Shown one piece after another: positions 19,410 to 28,855 of a DNA stretch of 64,000 nucleotides. The stretch's first letter is position 1. Each line of letters opens with the position of its first letter. Position numbers and translations under genes: made by a program. The notes beneath the pieces are model-generated. The model had not been told where the DNA came from. It saw nothing but the letters and a program-made list of their open reading frames with translations, and searched no databases. This DNA is from Candidatus Nezhaarchaeales archaeon (GTDB lineage Archaea; Thermoproteota; Methanomethylicia; Nezhaarchaeales; WYZ-LMO8), in contig JAWAKK010000001.1 of the NCBI GenBank assembly GCA_038887515.1, positions 704,001 through 768,000 of the forward strand. Direction: 5' to 3'.

Positions 19410-20120
19410 TTAAGTAAATACTTCAGTACGCTGGTAGAAGGGCTGAACGGAAGCTACAACCTCTATCGGAAACGGATGCTCCGCTCTCAGGTTCTGGACT
19501 ACCTCCTCGCCAACACTAACTAGAGCAAAAACACCAGCCACGTTAGCCTTCAACTTCTTAACTATATTTATGAGAGCTTGAATGGTACTTCCTGTCCTTA
19601 TGAGGTCGTCAACTATTAGAACGTCATCCCTACTAGTTATCGAAGTCTTAGAAACGTAGAGCGAAGTTACGTAGGGGCCAGTCGGGTACGACTCTTCTAT
19701 ATAGTCCCTGACGCCCATTTCCTTAGTCCTCTTAGCTACTACCAAGGGTACTTCAAGTAAAAGAGATATGGAAGTGGCTATGGGGACTCCATTGACGGCA
19801 GGAGCCAATACCTTTGTTATCCTCTTACCCGCAAACTTCATCATCACGTAATGCGATGCCCTCATGAGGATTAAAGGGTCGTTGACTATGTTAGTTGTGT
19901 CAACATAACCGTACGGATCCACGGATATCTTTTCATATATTACTTGGTCAAACTGCTCAATCTTATCTAAGGAGTCCCAAAGCTTCTTGGCAGTATCATC
20001 CCCTGGAAGAACGTCCCCCTTAACGTACCTACAGAGGACTGTTTCGGGAATTCCGGTTCTTCTGGCAAGTTCACTATAAGAATAAAACTTTTTTAATAAC
20101 CTCAACCTTTCAATGGTCAT
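19410..20120 (-). CDS. HTH-containing purine phosphoribosyltransferase-fold protein (PurR-like)
   Basis: N-terminal YSELARRTGIPETVLCRY HTH and PRPP loop VLIVDDLIRTGST. Confidence 0.8.
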   Translation of the reverse strand: MTIERLRLLKKFYSYSELARRTGIPETVLCRYVKGDVLPGDDTAKKLWDSLDKIEQFDQVIYEKISVDPYGYVDTTNIVNDPLILMRASHYVMMKFAGKRITKVLAPAVNGVPIATSISLLLEVPLVVAKRTKEMGVRDYIEESYPTGPYVTSLYVSKTSITSRDDVLIVDDLIRTGSTIQALINIVKKLKANVAGVFALVSVGEEVVQNLRAEHPFPIEVVASVQPFYQRTEVFT

Positions 20121-20469
20121 GAACCTAAACCTTAAGCTGGCCTCGCGCCTTCTCGTAAGTACCTGCCCCCAAGTAATGTTCGACTTTATGGTCTTCTACG
20201 TAATACTTGATATTTATAAAATGCTTTTTAATTTTTACCCTTAAAAGCCCTAATTTACATAAAAAGTATCGGTACTGATGTGCTTCCCCACATAAAACTT
20301 TATGTAACATGAAGCGAGGGGGCCCGCTTTTAGGTCGACAATGTAAAGGTTTGAATACCTACGTGCAATCGTTTCAACGCACGATTTTCAAGTAATGTAA
20401 AGAGCTTTGACGTGATGTTCATTTATTTGAAGTAAAGTTTATTGGGATCCTTCTAAAGGAGTTTTCCCT

Positions 20470-20550
20470 ATGGGAGGGAGACAAAGGACGACGCTACTGG
20501 AGATTTTTGAAGAGAAGAAGAGTGGAACCGAGAAAAAAGCTAAAAAGTAG
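20470..20550 (+). CDS. Putative 26-aa microprotein MGGRQRTTLLEIFEEKKSGTEKKAKK
   Basis: AAGGAG Shine-Dalgarno 8 nt before the ATG; fills an otherwise empty intergenic gap; below the ORF-track size cutoff. Confidence 0.45.
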   Translation: MGGRQRTTLLEIFEEKKSGTEKKAKK

Positions 20551-20582
20551 AAAGCCGTGAAAAATAAAAATGCGAAGTGTAA

Positions 20583-20602
20583 GGGGGGGGGGGGGGGGGG
20601 GG
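20583..20602. repeat. G20 homopolymer
   Basis: 20 consecutive G read directly from the sequence. Confidence 0.9.
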
Positions 20603-20632
20603 TCAACCGGAATTAATGAAAGGAGTAAGGGA

Positions 20633-21619
20633 ATGTCTCAGAAGCACAACGCCGTGGCAGAGAAGCTCTCAGAATATTGTAGATCTAATAAAGCTATAAC
20701 CTCTTTCCTACAAGAAATGGTCCTAAGAGGTATTAGCGAAATAAGACCTATCATATCGAGTAACGTAGAATACCCCGAACTTTCAGAATTCTTTGGCAAA
20801 GAAGCCAGTAAGATGCTTGAAGTGATGATTAGGGATGGCATACTTAAAGGCGTGGTCGTTGATAGGATATTGATGTGCCCCGAGTGCAACGCAATAACAG
20901 TAAGGACGCGCTACTTATGTCCTAGCTGTAAGAGCTTTAACGTTGAGCGTGTCTCGCTTATAGAGCACATAATTTGCGGCTTTATTGGATCAAACAGGCT
21001 ATTCAAGAAAGGTGAAAGCGAAGTGTGTCCACGCTGTGGCCGTACCTTAAAGAGGGCTCAAGTGGACTGGAGGATCATAGGTATGACCTTTGAATGCTAC
21101 GATTGCGGACTCATGTTTGATGAGCCCAAGATAGCCCACAAGTGTCTACCAAACGGTCACGAATTCGACCCAACGAATTCGAAGTACGAAGCCGTTTACA
21201 AGTACGTGATCAAAGACGAGGTCGTGAAAATGGTACAAGAAGGCTTCCTGGTAACTTCTACCATTCATCAAGTCCTCGCATCGTCAGGATACGAAGTCCA
21301 TGTCGACGGGGCCGTAAGAGGCCTTTCTGGCGTCGACCATAGATTTAACGTCGTAGGATCAAAGGACGGAAAGTTGACAGTAATCGAAACTAGCAACTTG
21401 CAATCGGGCAGAGAGCAGTTAATGCAGATGGTCGCTAAGGTCATAGACACCAAACCTTCGCGAGCACTATTAGTAGTGCTTTCTCAAAGCGAAGAGGGTT
21501 TAAGAGAGCTTGAATCTCTTGCCTCATCGTTAAACATACGACTTATTGCGGTCAAAAACTTAATGGAAATAGGGGAAGCTATCCGGCGGATATTAAGTGA
21601 GGAAAGCGAAAAATCTTAA
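20633..21619 (+). CDS. TackOD1-type Cys-rich Zn-binding protein with a C-terminal restriction-endonuclease-like domain
   Basis: CPEC, CPSC, IEH..CG, CPRC, VDW, CYDC...F.EP...H.C...H.F, then G.SG..H.F. AGGAG precedes the ATG at 20633; the ORF-track start is 20570. Confidence 0.7.
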   Translation: MSQKHNAVAEKLSEYCRSNKAITSFLQEMVLRGISEIRPIISSNVEYPELSEFFGKEASKMLEVMIRDGILKGVVVDRILMCPECNAITVRTRYLCPSCKSFNVERVSLIEHIICGFIGSNRLFKKGESEVCPRCGRTLKRAQVDWRIIGMTFECYDCGLMFDEPKIAHKCLPNGHEFDPTNSKYEAVYKYVIKDEVVKMVQEGFLVTSTIHQVLASSGYEVHVDGAVRGLSGVDHRFNVVGSKDGKLTVIETSNLQSGREQLMQMVAKVIDTKPSRALLVVLSQSEEGLRELESLASSLNIRLIAVKNLMEIGEAIRRILSEESEKS

Positions 21620-21623
21620 GAAC

Positions 21624-22484
21624 CTACAGTAGCTGCGTAAAGACTAAGATCAGTACCGCCAACATCAATGCCGAGTGCCTCAACCCAGTTAACATAGACC
21701 CCTTAGATATCTTTCCTATTGCAAGCCCAGCAGCTATGGCCTCTATTACCCCGCAATAGAAAAATATGGCTTTGTAGAAATCGATGCCCCTAAATCCCTT
21801 AACTATCTCTCCAAAACCCTCCGTAAGCGTTAGGGGGGTTACTAGCTGAGTCATCAGTATGTAGACCGTTAACAGGTACACCACAAAGCTTACGTACATG
21901 ATCCAGGTGTAGGACTTGAGCTCTGTCTCCTTCTCAGTTTCGTACGATTCCAAAGCTGAGTGTAATGTGAGGAAGGATTGAAGAATGTTTAGGGCTTTAG
22001 CTCCACTCCTCATAACCTCTACGAGTAGTATAGATACCTTATCCATGAGCGGGGTCCTAGCCATCTTAGCTATGTCAATTATCGAAATTTCAGGGTCGAA
22101 CCCTAACATCATCTTGGCGACTACTCTATTCAACTCCTTTGAAAGTGGACCGTAACGGTTTTTAGCGCACTCTTTAAGGGCAATCGTCAATGGAACGCCA
22201 GTCCTCACGTAATCTACTAAGTCCCTGATGAATTGGGAGACGCCTTTCTCAATCCCTCTCTTCCATCTATGCTCAAGGTCTTCAACCACTCCAACTATAA
22301 GGCACAAGACCAAGATCCCTACACAGAATATAGAGTTGACCAGTTGGCTAGTAGGTATGAATATTGGAGGGGCGGGAGTGTAAAGCTTCAGGTAGAATGG
22401 CAAGTAGAATATCGCCACGGCAGATGCAATGGCCACAAAGTAAGTAGCCGCCTTCTGGCGGGGAGAGAAGAAGCGCCCGTTCAT
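21624..22484 (-). CDS. Type IV pilus platform membrane protein (T2SSF/TadC-like)
   Basis: TG.PL..AL, YG.LS.EL, FYCG.IEA..AGL..GK...G...GL.H, several TM helices. Confidence 0.85.
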   Translation of the reverse strand: MNGRFFSPRQKAATYFVAIASAVAIFYLPFYLKLYTPAPPIFIPTSQLVNSIFCVGILVLCLIVGVVEDLEHRWKRGIEKGVSQFIRDLVDYVRTGVPLTIALKECAKNRYGPLSKELNRVVAKMMLGFDPEISIIDIAKMARTPLMDKVSILLVEVMRSGAKALNILQSFLTLHSALESYETEKETELKSYTWIMYVSFVVYLLTVYILMTQLVTPLTLTEGFGEIVKGFRGIDFYKAIFFYCGVIEAIAAGLAIGKISKGSMLTGLRHSALMLAVLILVFTQLL

Positions 22485-22487
22485 GGC

Positions 22488-23378
22488 TTACACCGACGAA
22501 AGCGCCTTGTCCATCAATACCAACACTATGGCCGCGAGTACCGGCATCAATACGAATGCTGTAAGCATAGTTACTGAGACCGGGTCAACGCCGAAGAGTT
22601 GTTGGCCGAGCATGGCCACTATGATCAGTATGGTTATGATAATTATTGGACCTACTATAACCAAGGCTACGTACATCTCGGATAGATATCCCATAGCCGT
22701 CAGGACCTTGCGTAGAGTTGATCTCCTGAACTCTACGAGACTTTTCGCGTAGTCCATTAAGTACCCCGATACGTCTCCGCTCGAGCCTATGACGGTTGAG
22801 AGTCCTTCCAATAGTGTCTTCAAATGAATCGAGGGGGACCTATTGGCTGCTTCGTATAGGGCTTTTATGGGATCTACGTTGAATATAGCCATCTGTCTAA
22901 GTATAAAGCAGAACGTGTTTTTAATGGCTTTCTCGCTCTCGATCTCCACGGTCCTCCTGATCAAGGTCTCGATAGTTGTTCCAGCTGAAGCCAGCGCAGC
23001 CATGTACTCCACAGTATATGGGAGGGCTCTGTCTATTCTAAAAGCCAAGTTCTTGGACCTTACATAAGGGTAGTATGCGCCTACCGTAAAAGTGACCGAG
23101 AAGCCTAGGATAGCCCATACAACTACGAGCACCAGCACATAGAGCATGGGTAGGCCCAGCACTAGGGCGTTGACTATAAAGGAAACAATGGCCGAGGCTA
23201 CGCAGACCATTATGCTCATGAAGACGACTGCTGAGGCGTAAGCCGGAAATGGAATGCCCATCTGAGCCTTAAGGTACCTCTCCCTTACGAAGGAGATGAA
23301 TGGAGAATTTGAGCTAGGCTTAAAGAGCCTGTAACTGAATGAGGATATGGCTTCGAGGAGACCGTTTCCCTTCGACAT
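22488..23378 (-). CDS. Type IV pilus platform membrane protein (T2SSF/TadB-like)
   Basis: ID..LPY...YMA.LA.AG, D...AL...A..SPS, SGD, E.Y. Confidence 0.85.
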   Translation of the reverse strand: MSKGNGLLEAISSFSYRLFKPSSNSPFISFVRERYLKAQMGIPFPAYASAVVFMSIMVCVASAIVSFIVNALVLGLPMLYVLVLVVVWAILGFSVTFTVGAYYPYVRSKNLAFRIDRALPYTVEYMAALASAGTTIETLIRRTVEIESEKAIKNTFCFILRQMAIFNVDPIKALYEAANRSPSIHLKTLLEGLSTVIGSSGDVSGYLMDYAKSLVEFRRSTLRKVLTAMGYLSEMYVALVIVGPIIIITILIIVAMLGQQLFGVDPVSVTMLTAFVLMPVLAAIVLVLMDKALSSV

Positions 23379-23386
23379 GGCCTCAC

Positions 23387-24907
23387 CTAAGGGGTAGCTA
23401 CCAACTTTAGCAACTCACTCCTAGCCCTCTCGTAGGTTTCTCGAGGCTTTAAGTAGTAGCTTCTAATAACCTTGGCTACGTCGTCGTGCCTCGATAGGTC
23501 CTTCTTCAACATCCATTCAAGCACAACCTTCCTGTTCTCTAGTTCACTCGTAACGTTATCAAAACCTAGCCTCTTGACTATGATGCTGCCATCTGCTATC
23601 AACCTAGTGAAGGAATCGGTAAGCGGATCCCAACGATATATGGGATTTATCATGATTTCCCCGCTTCTAGGGTCTATCCCCGTGACCTCGTTTACCTCTA
23701 TAACCCTTCTAACCGTAACCCCTCTCACTTTTCTTCTAGCAACTAGTATTATGGTTTCAATCATTGGTATAAGTTCTCTAGGAACATTCATAGGCTTAGA
23801 CTCGAGCCTCCTTATGGCCGCCTCTATGTTTTCAGCGTGTATGGTGCATAGACCTCCGTGGCCTGTAGCCACGGCTTGAAAGAGAGCGTAGGCTTCTTCG
23901 CCCCTGACTTCGCCGACGATTATGTAGTCGGGCCTTTGCCTTAAAGCGGACTTTAATAGGTCGAACGCCGATATCTCTGGGGCTCCATCGGTCGTGCTGG
24001 GCCTAGTAACTAAAGGGACCCAGTTCTCATGTGGGAGCATTAGCTCCCTCGTTTCCTCTATAGTTATTACCTTGGCTTCAGGCCTTATCAGGGCGGCTAT
24101 AGCGTTTAGGAGAGTAGTCTTGCCGGACGCAGTTGCACCGCAAATAAGCATAGACCTCATTTGCTCGACCATAATCCATAGGTAAGCTGCTACTTCGCTC
24201 GACAAAGTACCTAACTTTATTAGGTCTATTATAGTAAACTTTTCAGGCCTATACTTCCTAATGGTAAAGGTCGACCCCCTCTTAGAGACCACGTCTAGGG
24301 TTAGGTGGACTCGATGTCCTTCAGGTAGCACGCCATCGATGACCGGCCTTGCAATGGAAACCTGCTGCTTAGCCTTAAACGACAGGGTCATGACGAAGGA
24401 GTTTAGTTCCTCCTCACTTTCAAAGGATACGTTCGTTGGAAGCTCCTCGTACTTTACGTGCCAAACGTATATTGGGATCCCGACGCCAGCGCAGCTTATA
24501 TCTTCGATGTTGGGATCCCTAACTATGCCGTCTATCTTTCCGTAGCCCAGCAGGTCCCTAACTATGTAATAAAGTATCTTATCTAGGGCTTCTGAGGCCA
24601 CCTTGAAGCCGTACTTCTTAATAACTTTCTTAGTTGCTTGGACTATGAAGGACCTCGCCTTTTCCGGGTCTTCTACGTCCTCTACGTCTACGTCAACCGA
24701 CTCCTTGATGAACTCCTTGACCCTACGTACTACCTCCACCTCGTCCTGTAGAAGCGTTGGCTCTACGACTTCGTACCTAAGCTTCCCGACGGGATCCATT
24801 ACTATAGCTATGTGGCAGAAGGGGGGATTCACGGCGTAGAAGTCTCTTAAACGAGCTAGCTCAACTTGTTCTAAGCCCTTAGAGTCTCCAGCCCGCTTAA
24901 TACTCAT
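23387..24907 (-). CDS. Type II/IV secretion (pilus assembly) ATPase
   Basis: GATASGKTT, IEETREL, LRQRPD.I.VGEVRG.EA, TGH...TIHA. Confidence 0.93.
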   Translation of the reverse strand: MSIKRAGDSKGLEQVELARLRDFYAVNPPFCHIAIVMDPVGKLRYEVVEPTLLQDEVEVVRRVKEFIKESVDVDVEDVEDPEKARSFIVQATKKVIKKYGFKVASEALDKILYYIVRDLLGYGKIDGIVRDPNIEDISCAGVGIPIYVWHVKYEELPTNVSFESEEELNSFVMTLSFKAKQQVSIARPVIDGVLPEGHRVHLTLDVVSKRGSTFTIRKYRPEKFTIIDLIKLGTLSSEVAAYLWIMVEQMRSMLICGATASGKTTLLNAIAALIRPEAKVITIEETRELMLPHENWVPLVTRPSTTDGAPEISAFDLLKSALRQRPDYIIVGEVRGEEAYALFQAVATGHGGLCTIHAENIEAAIRRLESKPMNVPRELIPMIETIILVARRKVRGVTVRRVIEVNEVTGIDPRSGEIMINPIYRWDPLTDSFTRLIADGSIIVKRLGFDNVTSELENRKVVLEWMLKKDLSRHDDVAKVIRSYYLKPRETYERARSELLKLVATP

Positions 24908-25040
24908 CCTAAAGCGCCTAGAAAAATCTAGAAGGCGAAGCTCAAAACTTTTCCGGAGCGAGTAAAGCCTAGCAGACGAGTTCTTTTAACGATAGATTTA
25001 TTTAAATGGTATCGCAAATTATTATCGTTCGGTGAACACC

Positions 25041-25469
25041 ATGAAGAAGGTTAAAGGGGTCTCCCCCATAGTAGCAGTACTATTACTCATAGTCATAGCT
25101 GTAGCGGCAGCTGCAATGACGTATGGCTTCGTAATGGGCTTCATAGGTGGAGCCGCAACAACTACAACAACGACGCAAGCAATGATAAGGGTAGAAGCAG
25201 TAGATGCCACTACTGGTACTGATGCCACAGTATACGTTAGGAACATAGGCTCCATCCCTGTAACTGTCGACTTCATATATGTGTACCACGCTAATGGAAC
25301 CCTCATGAGTACACAACGGCTTTCGACTTCGATCACGATTCCTCCGGGTAATGTAGGTATAGTTTATGTCGATGGCCTAGATTTAAGTGGAGGGGTTACG
25401 TACTACGTCAAGGTAACGACCAAGGAAGGAGCTATCGCGACATCGGAGCCCTTTAAAGTTAAAAGCTAG
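25041..25469 (+). CDS. Archaeal type IV major pilin
   Basis: MKKVKG/VSPIVAVLLLIVIAVAAA class III signal, Thr-rich linker, YVRNIG motif; GGTGA RBS before the ATG. Confidence 0.9.
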   Translation: MKKVKGVSPIVAVLLLIVIAVAAAAMTYGFVMGFIGGAATTTTTTQAMIRVEAVDATTGTDATVYVRNIGSIPVTVDFIYVYHANGTLMSTQRLSTSITIPPGNVGIVYVDGLDLSGGVTYYVKVTTKEGAIATSEPFKVKS

Positions 25470-25615
25470 CCCGTAGTAGTGTGAGTAATACTATACGCAG
25501 TTACTATAGTGTTTCGGGTCTAGCTTTTTTAACATACAATCAATTTTTCCTCCTTGTTATGTTTACCACAATAGTTATACCTAAAGCTGTTATAAAGAAG
25601 GATTTAGCGACGCCT

Positions 25616-26911
25616 ATGAGTGGAGGCAAGGGGATCTCTCCGATAGCTTCTACGCTATTGCTAATAATGGTTGTAGTTGCTGCTACGGTAACCACGTACA
25701 ACTTAGTTATTGGACTTGTAGGAGTAACCGCTACATCGCCTCTACGATCTGTAATAAGGGTGGACGAAGTTAGCATCTCTGGTAGCGAGCTTACTGTTTA
25801 CGTCAGGAACCTTGGTCCGGCTCCAATGACGCTAGATTCGGTATACGTGTACTCTGTTGACGGGGTACTAGTCGGGCGCGTTCATATTAACCCCAAAACG
25901 ATAGATGCGGGAGAGGTTGAGGCTATTACGGGCATACCAATTGGTTACTTGAAGGAGGGGGGTGTCTACTACATCAAGGTAGCTACAATGGAGGGAGCTA
26001 TCGCGTCTTCCCAAGCATTTAAAGTCGGATTAGCTAAATCAGCTAAAGCTATAATAGTGATAGAAAGATTGGAGACCGAGCCAGCTACATTGAACACATT
26101 CAATGCTACACTGTACGTCAAGAATGCGGGCGACGTCCCAGTGACGATAGACGAAGTACGCGTATACTACTCGTTATCGAAGAAGACTTTACTGGAAAGC
26201 ATTGACATTGCAAAGAGATTAAATCCTGGAGAGACTGTGAGGATCGTTATTGACAAAATACCATACGACATAGAGCGGCAGAGGCCTAGCTACGAGATTG
26301 AAGTAACAACTATAGAAGGAGTTATAGCAACTACGAAGGCTATGGTACTAGCAAGAGAAATGTTGGTAGAAACAGGATTAAGTGCGGAAGGATTCAACAT
26401 AGACGCCTCCATATACGTTATAAATTATGGCGCTGCCCCAGCAATAATAGATAAAGTACAAGTATACATCGATGGAGAGTTGGACAGTATCGTAAACCTT
26501 GGGAACTTGTCGCTAGGTGTGACGAGTTCAACAACCATTAATTTCAACGTTACTATAGATCCAAGCAAGTCCTACTCCTTCAAGATTGTAGGAAGTGATG
26601 AGGCTTTAACGTCGTGGCGAGCAATAGTGGTAGCTGAAGCGAGTGCAACACCGATAAACGATCGCAGTTACAGCGTTACTGTTTACGTTAGGAACGTCGG
26701 CTCCACCCCCGTAACGATTTACGGCTTGTACATACAATCTGAACGAGGGGACTTAATAGTGCCCCTGATAGATGTAGGGGAGGTGATAAAGCCAAAAGAG
26801 ATTAAAGAGATAATTAATCCAATTACCCTAACGAATGGGACATACTACATATTCGTGTTTACTGATGAGCCTTGGTTTTTAGAAGCGAAGACGAGGCTAG
26901 AATTGGTATGA
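25616..26911 (+). CDS. Multi-domain type IV pilin with four tandem pilin globular repeats
   Basis: MSGGKG/ISPIASTLLLI signal (start 25616 rather than 25481) and four YV.N.G..P repeats. Confidence 0.8.
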   Translation: MSGGKGISPIASTLLLIMVVVAATVTTYNLVIGLVGVTATSPLRSVIRVDEVSISGSELTVYVRNLGPAPMTLDSVYVYSVDGVLVGRVHINPKTIDAGEVEAITGIPIGYLKEGGVYYIKVATMEGAIASSQAFKVGLAKSAKAIIVIERLETEPATLNTFNATLYVKNAGDVPVTIDEVRVYYSLSKKTLLESIDIAKRLNPGETVRIVIDKIPYDIERQRPSYEIEVTTIEGVIATTKAMVLAREMLVETGLSAEGFNIDASIYVINYGAAPAIIDKVQVYIDGELDSIVNLGNLSLGVTSSTTINFNVTIDPSKSYSFKIVGSDEALTSWRAIVVAEASATPINDRSYSVTVYVRNVGSTPVTIYGLYIQSERGDLIVPLIDVGEVIKPKEIKEIINPITLTNGTYYIFVFTDEPWFLEAKTRLELV

Positions 26912-27030
26912 TTAAGATAGCGGTCGAGGATAGAACGTTGAAGGGAGAAACTATTATTACCATAAACTCTCGTCTGAAGGCTTAATATGGTATCTGGGGT
27001 CTCGAGCGATATCCACCCGATTCCTTGCCC

Positions 27031-27621
27031 TTATTTAACTCTCTCGCGTTGCTTCTTCTTCCACTTGTAGTTGTGGGTCCCTCTTAGGCCCCTCGACTTC
27101 CTCAGGCCCCTCATCTTCTTTCCGGCTGAAGTTAATCCTCTGAACGCCCTTCCCCTGTTGGCTGGACTGCAAATCCAGTTTATGTCTGGGTCGTTTTGTA
27201 CTGCTGGGTGGTGGGGGTCGACCATTATCACTTCGTACCACTTGTAGCGCCCATCCTCGCCGACGTAGTAGCTGTTGAGGACTTCTAAGTTCGGGAACTT
27301 CCTAGCCGCCCTCTCCTCAGCTATTAGCCTTAAGCTCTTCCAGGTTGCGTAGCCGTAGACCCCCATCCTCTTGGGTCTCCTACCAGAGTCCGGTCTCGGC
27401 TTCCTCTGTCCTCCCTTCCTTACCCTGACCCTTACAACTACGAATCCCTGCTTGGCTTTGTAGCCTAGAGCTCTAGCCCTGTTTAGCCTAGTGGGCTTCT
27501 CGACTCTAACTACTGTTGGCTCTCTCCTCCATTCTATGAGGCGTTGCCTCATTATCTCCTTTATTTCTCCGCGATAAGGCTTCTTCCAGAGCTCTGCTAT
27601 GTAGTGGTACACGGACTTCAA
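27031..27621 (-). CDS. rpl15e: 50S ribosomal protein L15e
   Basis: [42 protein letters not shown]. Confidence 0.97.
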   Translation of the reverse strand: MKSVYHYIAELWKKPYRGEIKEIMRQRLIEWRREPTVVRVEKPTRLNRARALGYKAKQGFVVVRVRVRKGGQRKPRPDSGRRPKRMGVYGYATWKSLRLIAEERAARKFPNLEVLNSYYVGEDGRYKWYEVIMVDPHHPAVQNDPDINWICSPANRGRAFRGLTSAGKKMRGLRKSRGLRGTHNYKWKKKQRERVK

Positions 27622-27718
27622 CTCCTACACCTCTCGGTGGTAAGGTTATGAGCTCACTTAAATGTTTTCGCTTAAATCTTGGACGGTGAGTTAATTTTCC
27701 TCCGACTAAAATAACTTT

Positions 27719-28840
27719 TTGAGAGGTATAATGTTCGAAGCCTTTCTACTGAGACCGGACGCTCATAGAGTTTGGAATAACCGTGAGGTTAAGAGGAGAC
27801 TTAGCTGGTACTACGGGGTTATAGTTGACGAGAAACCATCAAAGTACAGAATATGTAAGAGGGTCGGTGTAGACGTCGACCTGTCTGCCGACGACGAGGA
27901 GCTTTGGAAGATGCATAGAGAAGGCTCCGCGAGGTTCGTTAATGTTTGGAGGAGAATAGCTTCTAGCGAGCTAAAGCTTGAGGATCTTGAGGAACCGGAT
28001 GTAAGCCTGTTAGACGTTAAGATTGAGCTCGTTAAGAGGATGTTGAGGTCCTGCACATTTTGCGAGAGGAGATGTAAAGTCGACAGAGAGAAGGGCGAAG
28101 TAGGTTTTTGTAGGCTAGACGCTAAAGCTAGGGTTTCAAGCTTCTTCCACCACTACGGTGAAGAGGCACCTCTAGTGCCGAGCGGTACAATATTCTTTAC
28201 AAGCTGTAGCTTCAAGTGCGTCTATTGCCAGAACTGGGACATATCGACAGATCCACACAACGGAGTTGAAGTGACCGCAAGGCAGCTCGCCTCCATAGCT
28301 ACCAAGCTTAGGAGAGAAGGTTGCAGAAACGTAAATTACGTAGGCGGGAACCCAGATCAGTCCATGCACGTAATCGTCGAGTCCCTGAGGTACATGGACG
28401 TTAATGTGCCAATACTTTGGAATAGCAATGCCTATGCCAGCTTAGAGGCCATGGAGATATTGAAGGACCTTGTCGACATATGGCTACCGGACTTCAAGTA
28501 CGGTAACGACAGGTGTGCTGAGAGACTTTCTATGGTTCCCAAGTACTTTGAAGTCGTTACTAGGAACCTGAAGATAATGCACGAGAGTGGAGACATGATA
28601 GTTAGGCACCTAGTCCTTCCAAACCATGTAGAGTGCTGTACCAAGCAGGTGCTAGAGTGGTTAGCTAGAAACTGTCCTAGGTGCCTAGTTAACATAATGG
28701 AGCAGTATAGGCCGGAGCATGAGGTTGCTAGAAGACCGCAGTTGTACCCGGACATTAGTAGGAGGCCCACGGCGGGCGAGATGAATAGGGCTTATAGCAT
28801 AGCTAAGGAGCTTGGGATAGTGTGGGAGCCTGTATCTTAA
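27719..28840 (+). CDS. PflX-family radical SAM protein
   Basis: HYGEE..L.PSGTIFF, CSFKCVYCQN, WNSN, DFKYGN, RHLVLP. Confidence 0.88.
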   Translation: MRGIMFEAFLLRPDAHRVWNNREVKRRLSWYYGVIVDEKPSKYRICKRVGVDVDLSADDEELWKMHREGSARFVNVWRRIASSELKLEDLEEPDVSLLDVKIELVKRMLRSCTFCERRCKVDREKGEVGFCRLDAKARVSSFFHHYGEEAPLVPSGTIFFTSCSFKCVYCQNWDISTDPHNGVEVTARQLASIATKLRREGCRNVNYVGGNPDQSMHVIVESLRYMDVNVPILWNSNAYASLEAMEILKDLVDIWLPDFKYGNDRCAERLSMVPKYFEVVTRNLKIMHESGDMIVRHLVLPNHVECCTKQVLEWLARNCPRCLVNIMEQYRPEHEVARRPQLYPDISRRPTAGEMNRAYSIAKELGIVWEPVS

Positions 28841-28855
28841 CGTGGAGCCTTAACT

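Noticed and set aside
20125-20310. 61-aa minus-strand ORF upstream of the HTH-PRTase
   Set aside because: It runs through an AT-rich promoter region and has no motif.
20340-20410. Repeated AATGTAAAG and short inverted CGTGC/GCACG
   Set aside because: Too short to distinguish from chance without comparative data.
25481-25615. ORF-track N-terminal extension of the large pilin
   Set aside because: The class III signal begins at MSGGKG (25616); the upstream stretch contains a T-rich terminator and a TATA-like sequence.
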